Of a stretch of DNA of 64,000 nucleotides, positions 1 to 10,445 are shown piece after piece. Source of the DNA: Podarcis vaucheri (taxonomy: Eukaryota); the NCBI GenBank assembly GCA_965113315.1, contig OZ220370.1; one strand, given 5' to 3'. A program made the position numbers and the translations under genes. The notes beneath the pieces were generated by a model, which saw only the letters and a program-made list of their open reading frames with translations, was not told the DNA's origin and ran no database searches. Each line of letters opens with the position of its first letter. Position 1 is the first letter of the stretch.

Positions 1-164
1 ATCTATCATCTATCTATCTCTATATATGGGAGAGCAACACAACCTGTCAATGTGAACGGGTTGTAATCAATTAATTTTAATCAGGGTAGACCCACTGAAA
101 TTAATGACCACACTAAGGACACCATCCTAATCTGAGATCCACTGGGATGAGTGAGTTGGGATGA

Positions 165-266
165 TTTTTGGGGGGCAAACACAGTCCTAGGTATAAATGG
201 TACTTGGATCAGCAAGCAATAGAACAAACTTGCTCATTTAGATACCTGGGTATACTCTTTAGTGAA
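165..266 (+). mobile_element. Small decayed non-LTR retrotransposon fragment (RT thumb region)
   Basis: Translation KWYLDQQAIEQTCSFRYLGILFSE matches the 'IEQV..FKYLG' motif just after the LINE RT core. No other RT motifs nearby. Confidence 0.5.
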
Positions 267-1644
267 GCTTTTCCCTCCAGAATTCAATTCTTGCACCTCT
301 CAGGTAAGCACCATTGCCATTATAAGAAAACAAGGGAAGCATGCAGTATATAAACACACACCAATTAACAACATGATAAAAAGTGAGATGTTCCCAAATC
401 CAGGAGGGGGGGGAGAAACTGTACCATGTCAGGCTTCCACTTTTCTGAATAATATCCCCATCTGTTGGGGTTGCAGAGGGCAGATGGTTTCAACAGTGTT
501 TTCATCTGCATTTCCCGTTTGTTCTACTAAAGGTTGTCACCTGGCCAGAACTTTGTAGGTCTGAGCAAAGGCTCTCTTGCCCTTTGAGTTCTTTCTTTAG
601 CCGCCAAAAATTCCATCAGCTTTCCCTTTCAACTAAAGAAGCAGGAAATAGCAAGGGAATAAGCAGATAAGAAGAGCACAGAAAGTGCTTTTTCTTGTAA
701 GTCTGCTAAAAACACATTGTTTGGTTGATTATAGGAGGCCTTTTTTCCTGCTTATCCTCCCCTAACTGTCAGACAGAAATGGAAGCATTCATAATCCACC
801 TCCCTGATGTAAAAGATCTTTCATATCAACGACAGCCTGGGCTTCTGTTAAACATTAATCCATTTATCTACCAATCTCTTGTTCTCACCAGATAGTTGTG
901 TCTACCTTTTCTTTGAGATATAGTAGCCTTTAAATTTCTACTTTAAGGCAGTAAAGCTACCACCAGTGAGTCTCTGAAGTTCGATAACAAGGGAAAATAT
1001 CAAGCAAACAGCTACTACAAGGAATGTTACATTAAAACAGCAACTTGTATGTCTGTCCTTCAAATGATCCTAGCTGCCTCTTTTGGTCTTCGGTTTTAGA
1101 GAGCTGTTGCAGTTCTGTGCACTTCTATTAAATATCTTATTTCCACATGTTATTCATTCAGCAGTGACCTTTGTAATAAACCTCTTAAAATGAGAAATGT
1201 ATCTCATATTGAAATTACAGAGCTGTTATTTGTAACACTTCATTTCTTGTGCTGAGGGACTTTTAAAGGGGCAAAGCACTGTTCAGATAGTCAGATAAGG
1301 CAGGGAGGACAAGGCTTTGAGGGGGGGGGGATAGTAATTCAGGGACAGACTTTCCCTGAGGGTAGAAAAATGACTGTTTATCTTTATGCCACAATTTGGG
1401 TATTTGATGTTTTGATTTCATGGATAAAACCCCCCCACATTAATCCAAAGAAAGAGAGGTTTGTTATAAGGTGATGTGTCATTTTATTCCAAATGGCAGT
1501 TAATTTTTTAAGTGATGCCTCTGTGCAATAAATTAATATGACTGATTTAACAGATTTGCCTTGTCGCTTCAAAATCTATGTTGACATATCTATCTATTAC
1601 CTTGATATCCCCCTTTTTGAAAAGGGGTACAAGATAGGGTACCC

Positions 1645-1796
1645 ACTCCTATTTTATTCTTGCAACAACCCTTTGAGGTCATTTAGGGTGACAGTTGGTA
1701 ACTTAACTAAGGCCAGCCAGTGAGTTCCATGATTGTATGTGTGACTTTGAAAGCTTAGTCGGACATGATAACTAAGCACTACACCACACTGACTCT
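1645..1796 (-). mobile_element. Old tRNA-derived MIR-like squamate SINE
   Basis: 'tcttgcaacaaccctttgaggt...gagttccatg...cactacaccacactgactct' resembles the antisense of common reptile tRNA/CORE SINEs. Confidence 0.55.
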
Positions 1797-2388
1797 AAAC
1801 TTCTTTCATGGTTGAACAGCATGTTTTTGAAGATATCAAAGGCATATTCTGACTTGTCTAAAAGAAAATGGCACATTCCAAGCCTTGGTGGGACTTTTTG
1901 ATAAGGACAGGATCACTTGAGAAAGGAACAGACTACAATTCCCCTTTTCCTGATTGTCCTAAAGCTCATATGCTGCAATGTTCCAAAGCAGCTTCTCAGT
2001 CCTCAGACAGATTTTGAAGCAGGCTCCTCATTGGCCCGTTCAATTTTGATGTTTTGGTGACAATTCCACCCTGTAGTGCAGCTGGCCAGAATCTCATTGG
2101 CTGGCCAAGCTTGTGATTAATGGCTGCCAGGGATGGAGTCGGACTGCCCACCCAGAAAGGCGCAAGGGGCCATTGCATCATCAACAATCCTGGAGTTGCA
2201 TCCAATGTTCATCATACTAATGAACCTAAGCTAATGCTGTCCATTAAACTCTCACTTTGGGTGAATTCTATTTACATAAGGGTCACAAACTGAGGCTGTC
2301 ATGAAGCCACATTTGATTTCCTAAGGTATCTGGCTTGATTAATGCCACAGCTCATATCCCTAGCTCAACCAGTTGTAGAAGGGAAATA

Positions 2389-2614
2389 CAGTGGTACCTC
2401 AGGTTACATCCGCTTCAGGTTACAGACTCTGCTAACCCAGAAATATTACCTCGGGTTAAGAACTTTGCTTCAGGATGAGAACAGAAATCATGCTCTGGTG
2501 GCGCAGCAGCAGCAGGAGGCCCCATTAGCTAAAGTGGTGCTTCAGGTTAAGAACAGTTTCAGGTTAAGAACGGACCTCCGGAACAAATTAAGTACTTAAC
2601 CCAAGGTACCACTG
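2389..2614. mobile_element. Tc1/mariner (pogo/Tigger-like) MITE, family A
   Basis: TIRs CAGTGGTACCT...AGGTACCACTG, TA on both sides, repeated CAGGTTA motifs. Second copy at 18300-18530. Confidence 0.9.
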
Positions 2615-3894
2615 TATAGGAAATATGAGTATATTTAAGGTAGGAGAGGCTGAGCCAGTTCATACAGGAACTGAGCAGAAAGAGCAAACAGTCTCTCTGT
2701 GGATTTTTGAGGGGATATTACTGTGACCTTTCATGGACACTACTTAGCACCATATGAGTGACTCCTGTGTTATATTATTCACCAGAATCTTCTACCTAGC
2801 AAATATGCATAGAATCCATGTAATAGCTTTCCATGTTTATCAGACACAGAAGCTATTCACAACGGATATCAAGTCCTCTTCCCTGATCAACTTTCTTGGC
2901 TTTTTCCTATATTTGTAGAAAGGGTTGGCATAAGAATGGTATGGCATGAGTGAAAAACATTATTCTAAAAATGTTTCTAAAGGTCCCTTCATATGAACCT
3001 GCATCTAGCCTCATCTGTTAGATGACATTTCGGGGGAAATGTATTTTTCTCTCCAAGGCTTTCCTGTGTGAAACAATGAGAGCATCTTCTCTACTGGGAG
3101 CCTCACATTTACATGTTACTGCATTCTCCATTGCAAGGGGCTTTGGAGAATCATTATATTGATATTTCTCCTTCACAGTCATAGTGTGCAAAGCACTCTT
3201 CACCAGTTGATCAAACGCTAAACCATTGTCCAGAAACTGCTAGAAGTAAAAAATTGGGAATAAAATTACAGCTTCAATTTCTTGGCCATATTTTCATTTA
3301 TTATGAAGGGCAAATGACCTGACCTCTTGAGATTGCATTTTTTTATGATAAAATTGGGACAGTTCTTTTCTCACATAACGATCTGGTGAGTGCCTAATAC
3401 AATGAATATCTTCAAGCACATTTATCATCTATCTGAGATTTGAACCTCTTTCCAGTTGCACTCTTAGCAAACTGTAGATTATCTGGCAGTTAAAATCCTC
3501 AACAAGTTACGGGTACTTTTATTCTCACGAACACCTGACTCCATATTCTCCTGCTTACAAAAGGTGAATATGCTGTTAGCAAGCTGGGTGAGAAAATGTC
3601 AGTTTTATCATTTTTATTCAGAACACCTCTCCTTTTATTTATGAACACTTTCTTCTGAAGTCATTTGTGGACTTTACTGCCTGTACAAGATGTTGGGTTG
3701 TTTTAAGATGACTCTGTAAAAACAGCATAATTGGGTTCCTTGTTTATCACCATGCAAACGCTTTAGCACAAAATATGCTCTGTTTTCAGGGGGGGGGGAG
3801 AGAGAAAGAATAAGCCCTTGTGTAGAATTTAGAGGATTTCAACTAGCTCACAAGGCCCAGCTGAATGTCTTTGTCTTGCATGTTGTGTGGCAAG

Positions 3895-4030
3895 GCCCAT
3901 AGCTCATTAATACATGCTTCGCAAACATATGGTCCTAAGCTGTATCGCTAGTTCAAAGCATCTTAGCTAGTCAGGCTGGTAAAAAATCTCCTCCTTGAAT
4001 CTTGAGCAACTGCTGCCACTAATGGTACAT
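3895..4030 (+). mobile_element. Old degenerate tRNA-derived SINE
   Basis: A-box-like 'ggcccatagctca' start and 'gaatcttgagcaactgctgccact' body shared with 21530-21640. Confidence 0.4.
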
Positions 4031-4204
4031 GGTAAATTGGCTAATGGCTGGTTATTTACCTATATCTATAGATATGAACTTGCATGGCATAAACTTCAAG
4101 ATCCTTTTCAAGCTCTCCTAACTGTAAATCCACTTCTTTTTGGAACAGTGAGCACACCAAACAGTGTGTGTACTGGTTCAATTAATTTACAATGGAAATA
4201 ATAG

Positions 4205-4507
4205 GTAAGGGGTAAAAGTAAAGAACCCCTGGATGGTTAGGTACAGTCAAATTCGACTATGGGGTGCAGTGCTCATCTCAGGCCAAGGGAACCGGCGTTT
4301 GTCCACAGACAGTTTTTCTGGGTCATGTGGCCAGCAAGACTAAACTGCTTCTGGTGCACGGAACACCATGATGAGTGCCAGGTTGGCATGAGCTGGGACA
4401 AAACAACAGGATCTCACCTTGTCACAAGGATTTGAACTGCCAACCTTACAATCAGCAAGCCCAAGAGGCTTGGTGGTTTAGACCACGGAGCCACCTGTGT
4501 CCTAATG
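4205..4507 (-). mobile_element. Sauria SINE, internally deleted
   Basis: Antisense tail, 'ggtcatgtggccagca' body, tRNA-like head. 12-bp TSD TGGAAATAATAG at 4193-4204 and 4508-4519. Confidence 0.9.
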
Positions 4508-6159
4508 TGGAAATAATAGTGACAACAGTACCACTTCCTTACCCTATTTTGTTTTTGGGAAGATAAAACACATTCCACCAACCAAGCCCAAACATTTTTC
4601 CATAATCTCCTGCAACATTCAGTTGCATGAAATTTATATCCATATTAAATGCTTGAGGTGCATCTAATCTCTGTGCGCAGCCAAAATTGCAATAGGGATG
4701 ATTCAGGTGAGATTTTCACATGCCTGAGTCAGACCTCAGGGGTTCTCTAAAGTCCTGAGGAACTCTTTGGACTTGGGTGTCATTTAAAATGAAGGGATTG
4801 CTGCATTTTTCTTTTTTAAAAAAGCAAAGCCAAGTTGACTCAGAAAACGTTCTGATCTGAGCATCATGGACATGGAGGTGTAGGGGCAGTTTTCATTTTG
4901 ATGGACAGGTCTAGGTTTTAATCAAACTGAATTATTTTCCCAGAACACTTCAATGGCTGTGAATTGGGGGAGGGATTTTGCAGTAACCTTGTTTAGCATA
5001 CGTCCATTCTTCCTTTTTGAGTTCTGTCTGGGAAAGAATGGTGTTTAGAAGACCAGTGGGCTATTGTCTTGTTTCCAAACAATTGAAACCAGTACTTTAG
5101 TCTACTTGTCTCAGTTCAGCTGTTTTTGTCACCTCCCTAACCCTATTTGGATGTCATTGTTATTAGTGTGAATCAGCTTTCCTATACTTTCCTCTTCCCC
5201 TCGCTGAGTGGTAGGGCATTTTATCCAATTTAGTTGTTTCTTAGAAAACAGAAAGATATTTGAATAAAAATAATCTGAGATAAGAATAAACATTAAAGAT
5301 TCATTATTCAATTTGTTTGTCTTCTCTTATTTTTCCCCTTAGGTTTGTGTAGCCTTTTAAGAGTCCTAACTACTGTGTGTTTATTAAAATGAATGGAAAG
5401 AGTTCTACAGCATTGTGGTAAGTGGGGTTTTTTTTTGGGGGGGTGAGTATTTTTTAAAAGTGGGGAGAGGGCTTACAACATTTTCTAGAAGTATTTTAAA
5501 TCAAATTGCAGAAATCCAGTATAATTAAGCTGTTAGACTAACTAGGGCTAAATTTGAACCATGTCTGAATGCCCTTCAACAACTCATTGTTTATTTTACA
5601 TTTTTACCTGAAAATAATATAATTTGTAGTTAGGAGAGGCAAGAATTATACAACTCTTTTGCTTAGTGGATCTGTTAATGTTCTCCACTGTGTGCAGCAT
5701 TTTGCCTCCAACCCTTAAAGGGGCTGGAGACATGGGACACACTGGACTGGTGATGCTGCCACATTGCAGCCTGGCCAAAGAAGGTTAGACATGTCCACCC
5801 TAATTTAAGGCAATGAGGCCTCATCAAATTTCCTGTAGCAGCAGCCTGACCACTTAACTGAAAGACTCTTTTTTTGCCTATTCTGCTTTTCTGGGTATTA
5901 AGGACTCATTGATTGCTACATTTGCATCAAACCATGTACAGATCTCAACTGGCAGGTGCAGTGGAGTTGGGAGTAAATAAAAGCAGATGGGACTTTACTA
6001 AAAATGAATAATTATAATAATAAAAACCTATGAACTGGTGCTGTAGGAAAGCTTATCCTAAGCAACCTTGTCACCCTATAGAATCTTGGAGTCCTGAAAT
6101 AGCATCAAACAGGCTTAAAGCTAATGACACTCCCTCTTCTTTTACAATTAACCTTGACT

Positions 6160-6798
6160 AGGTCCCATCACCTTCTGGCAAATAGCAGGGGAAGAAATGG
6201 AGGCAGTGAGACATTTTACTTTCTTGGGCTCCATGATCACCGCAGATGGTGACAGCAGCCACAAAATTAAAAGACGCCTGCTTCTTGGGAGAAAAGCAAT
6301 GACAAACCTAGACAGCATCTTAAAAAGCAGAGACATCACCTTGCCAACAAAGGTCCGTATAGTAAAAGCTATGGTTTTCCCAGTAGTGATGTATGGAAGT
6401 GAGAGCTGGACCATAAAGAAGGCTGATCACCAAAGAATTGATGCTTTTGAATTATGGTGCTGGAGGAGACTCTTGAGAGTTCCATGGACTGCAAGAAAAT
6501 CAAACCTATCCATTCTGAAGGAAATCAGCCCTGAGTGCTCATTGGAAGGACAGATCCTGAAGCTGAGACTCCAATACTTTGGCCACCTCATGAGAAGAGA
6601 AGACTCCCTGGAAAAGACCCTGATGTTGGGAAAGATGGAGGGCACAATGAGAAGGAGACAACAGAGGACAAGATGGTTGGACAGTGTTCTCGAAGCTACC
6701 AGCATGAGTTTGACTAAACTGCGGGAGGCAGTGGAAGACAGGAGTGCCTGGCGTGCTCTGGTCCATGGGGTCACGAAGAGTCAGACACGACAACAACA
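6160..6798 (+). mobile_element. BovB (RTE clade) LINE, 5'-truncated 3' fragment
   Basis: ORF 6197-6823 has FTFLGSMITADGDSS, KAMTNLDSILKSRDITLPTKV, DAFELWCWRRLLRVPWTAR and LEKTLMLGK, the BovB C-terminus. It ends 'gtccatggggtcacgaagagtcagacacgac' plus a (CAA) tail. Confidence 0.95.
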
Positions 6799-7626
6799 TA
6801 ATATCAGTCTTTTTTTGCCCTAGTCATTCCTAGAGGAGTTCTCATCAGCCTCAGCTAATTTCATATAGTAGGTACCATCCCTTTCAGCATCTCTCACCCC
6901 AAGGAGAGTTGCTGAAAATGAGGGTTTGTAACTCTAATCTTGGGAGCAAGTAGGATAATTATTTAGCCTTAACTAGTTTAGTTGCAGATATGTAAGGATA
7001 TAAAGATAAGATGGTTAAACCCACCAAGTTATTTCTGTCTTCATTCATGCGGTGTAGGGTCAATGAGAATTTATCATCTTTAACTAGTGGTTTTATTCTC
7101 ACTTGTTTGAAATAATCTCACTGCTTGTTTTATTGCCTGAAAGCTATCTTTTTGAAACATTGACCTATTTATAAATCAAATAATGCTACAAGCACTGAGA
7201 TTATCCAATACACGTTCCTGCAGAAACCACTTATTTCACTGCAGCTAGGAGCATCTTATTATAGAGTTGGAAAAAAGAATACTCAGCATTTAACAAGCCT
7301 TATAAAATTAAATAAGTCCTTATGGGCATGTAATAATTGCACCATATATATTATTTGCTCATATTCTTACAGTATTTTTGCATATAAAAGTTTAATCAAC
7401 GAATGTGCTTAATATTATTTTATTACTAGCAATTAACCAAAACAATCAATTTTAGAGAAGTGTCTACAATACTTTATGCTGAATTCTAATTAAACAGTTA
7501 CAGTTCCATTGCATAACTTTATGAGGCTATAATTTTGTTCCTAAGAAGATAAACTATGAATATAGAGGACAAACAGACCATCCTCATGAGTGTTTTTAAA
7601 AGCTGACATCCTATAAAACAGTGAAG

Positions 7627-7781
7627 NNNNNNNNNNNNNNNNNNNNNNNNNNNNNNNNNNNNNNNNNNNNNNNNNNNNNNNNNNNNNNNNNNNNNNNNNN
7701 NNNNNNNNNNNNNNNNNNNNNNNNNNNNNNNNNNNNNNNNNNNNNNNNNNNNNNNNNNNNNNNNNNNNNNNNNNNNNNNNN
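7627..7781. other. Assembly gap (155 N)
   Basis: Run of N. Confidence 1.
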
Positions 7782-9593
7782 ACACTGAAAGTATTGAGTT
7801 GTCTATTGTTTTCTCACTTGTCAACTGGCCAATGCAATCTTGCAGAACAGCAAAGTGTGACACAGCCCTTGCCATTTGCGCAGTAGAATTACCATGGAAC
7901 CAAATTTATTTGAAAATCCAAAACCAGCAGCAGATCATTTTAATAATCAGCCTTTTGCATAAGAGGCAGTGCAAGTCACTTCATTTGAGGATGATGTTTG
8001 CTTAAACACAGAGAGAAAATAAATGCAGATTATAATAAATGTCAAGGCCAATTCTTGGAATCAAACTGAGGATGAGGCCTGAATGGATCTGTGAAGAGTT
8101 CAGCATGTGGTAAAGTGGTGATGAAATAGATTTACCACTGCTGAAATGCCCTCCTCTGCATTACTGCTAAAGGTACATAAGGCAACTTTAAGTGTCACAA
8201 GGCTTCGCCAACATCTCATGAAATGCCACCGCAGGCTTGGTGACATCACATGAGAATTTGGCTTTTCTGCCCATGACATTTTCCTACCTGAAGCTGATCT
8301 CAAATGGCACTACATATACAGGAGAACACTTTACAAGCCTTCCTGCGCCACACAGATATCAATTTCTGCCTTAGGGAGCAATCATATGCTGAAGAAGCTG
8401 GCATAAAGCACAAAGGTGTTCAGTTAATGTTACACCAGATCCAAATGCCATCCAGCAGCAGGGCAGCTGCTGTTACTCTGTCTAAGCCTAACAGAGGGCA
8501 AACAAGCCTTTAAAATAGTGTGCTAAGTTTCCAGTACACATAACTGAACTTAGGATCCAGCCTAAGTCTTCTTTTGTTTCACCCCCATCACGTCCACTTT
8601 GGGTTGTTTTTTTGCACCAACCTGAAGTCAGCCTGTCTCAGCTCAACTGGTTAAGCCCTGACTCAGTAAGTTACATAAGTGTATCTTCAGCTGTACCACG
8701 GTTTGGAGTTTAATGAGCTGGGAATCAGCAAGCTGAACTGGAGATCCAATGTATCCTAAGCTGCCCAGATCTCACCCACTAAATTGACCACCACCATTCC
8801 ATAGGGCTGCCTAAAGTTGCTTCATCCCCCTGGGTGACAATGCTGACTCCAGTCTCACAAAGTACATTTAGTGGACTTTATTCATAATCAAATGTGCACA
8901 GGTATGCTTCTAATTTGAGCAATGAAGGTTGCCCAGTAAAAGGTTGTAACCTCACATACTTTGCCTCATTTCTAAACCCATTTAACTGAATTCAGTGGAA
9001 TAGACTTCCATGAGAGTATTCTTAATAACTCAGCTTTCATCAGAAAGTGTCACTTTAATCTGAGCTGTGAAGAAAACTGGAATCTATGAAAGGTGACAAT
9101 GACAGAATTCTTCTGGGCTTTAGACTGAGTGCTTTTAACTAGATATATAATAATATTCTAAATTTTGTACCATGTGCATTTCCCCCTAGAATATGACTGG
9201 TGATAGCATTATTACTTTTCTCCAGTGGGCACTTTGGAAAGCAGAGCATGTTAGTCAGTACATGTTTACATCAAAAATAGGGTGACAAATATTTATATGA
9301 TACAACATCAGTGCAATCATAGTTCAACAATCATAACCAATGAGGTTTGGATCTGGACTTCAAAATGATAGTGATATGAATCCTGCTGGGGAACCTTCTT
9401 AAATTCACCAGATTATAAAGCCATTTGATTCCACAGTCTATTGATATCTTCTATGGTATACTATTTGGTGTAAATGGATTGCACCACACTGAAGTGGGGA
9501 AAATGAGACATTTATAAGAGAAGGAAGGCTCAATCTTCTTAGAGCTTGATTTATTCAGGTTGGCCACCTGTATAATCTTATACATATACATAT

Positions 9594-9597
<4 letters not shown>

Positions 9598-9645
<48 letters not shown>
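9598..9645. repeat. (TA)n microsatellite, left flank of the PLE
   Basis: Direct reading. Confidence 0.98.
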
Positions 9646-9647
<2 letters not shown>

Positions 9648-9750
9648 TTTCGTAGATTTTCACGGGTACAGGAATGCAGGTTTTGGTGTCTTCGGGTGTC
9701 TTCCCGTGTAAGAGTCGGGGTGTCTGTGCGACGTTTCGACGAGGTCTCAC

Positions 9751-10089
9751 ACGTCCCGCCTGCCAGACATCTGGAAATTAGCCCTCCCCACAAAAACCGA
9801 CACCAGAACCAGAGGCACACAGAACGCCGTCACCAATCAACCACACCAGACCCAAACCCAGACCCTCTCCACAGACATATTACAGACTCCATCCAGTAGC
9901 CAAACTATAGTGGCACCTCCGGATGCTGCACCCCCCTGCAATCCCTACACAGATCTGGCTGGCACAAGGCACAAAACCACAGCTCGCCCCTATACACGAA
10001 GCCAAGCCAGAGCACAACTAAATGCAGCACAGCCATCTTCTCAGAAAAACTCTTCACAAGCTCAAGAGGTCAAGACACAAAAGCTTTAG
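9751..10089 (+). pseudogene. C-terminal remnant of the PLE ORF (end of GIY-YIG endonuclease plus low-complexity tail), 112 open codons, no start codon
   Basis: Manual translation gives TSRLPDIWKLALPTKTDTRTRGTQNAVTNQPHQTQTQT...RPYTRSQARAQL...KTQKL*. Not in the supplied ORF track. Confidence 0.7.
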
Positions 10090-10321
10090 CAACTAATCTA
10101 CACTTAATGACCCACCCAGTGGTATTCAGAATATCACTCATGAAATCACTCAAGATATCCCTCAAGTAATTAAGGAACAAAAGAAGAAGAGGCACACTAA
10201 TCTAGGAACTTCCTCTCTGCCCAGAACGTTGGAGGCCATACACCACACCCCTCAACAGTATTTATAGGAACTCAAACACCAGATTCTGCTCTGTTCCAGT
10301 AACAAGAAGCCGAAAGCACCA

Positions 10322-10359
10322 GCCTGAAGATGACGAGTGAGACCTCGTCGAAACGTCGC
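10322..10359 (+). ncRNA. Minimal type I hammerhead ribozyme motif (PLE-associated)
   Basis: GC-CTGAAGA-T-[GACGAG tgagac CTCGTC]-GAAAC-GTC|GC: core, 6-bp stem II, palindromic ACGT stem III, GUC cleavage triplet, 2-bp stem I. Confidence 0.75.
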
Positions 10360-10408
10360 ACAGACACCCCGACTCTTACACGGGAAGACACCCGAAGACA
10401 CCAAAACC

Positions 10409-10411
<3 letters not shown>

Positions 10412-10441
<30 letters not shown>
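10412..10441. repeat. (TA)n microsatellite, right flank of the PLE
   Basis: Direct reading. Confidence 0.98.

Positions 10442-10445
<4 letters not shown>

Larger units (their letters stand above)
9646..10413 (+). mobile_element. Penelope-like element (Poseidon-type), 5'-truncated, with inverted 5' pLTR
   Basis: Perfect 77-bp inverted repeat (9674-9750 / 10337-10413). The left copy has a 28-nt extra tail. The frame TSRLPDIWKLAL marks the end of a PLE GIY-YIG domain. Hammerhead core in the pLTR, and (TA)n on both sides. Confidence 0.85.

Noticed and set aside
6148-6799. Antisense and alternative-frame ORFs over BovB (likewise 40134-41212 over the transposase)
   Set aside because: They are shadows of the real coding frame.
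7519-7875. 118-aa ORF
   Set aside because: It spans the N gap.
7891-8487. Minus-strand exon-like segments upstream of the 5770 candidate
   Set aside because: All frames are closed or the phase is incompatible, so they do not extend the gene model.
9451-9820. ORFs with YIYI, poly-Y, poly-N/I or KERK runs (also 10252, 23028, 49897, 50001, 63350)
   Set aside because: They are translations of microsatellites.
9674-10413. 77-bp inverted repeat read as DNA-transposon TIRs
   Set aside because: The arms are unequal, the repeat stops inside a hammerhead, and the interior encodes the end of a PLE GIY-YIG domain.
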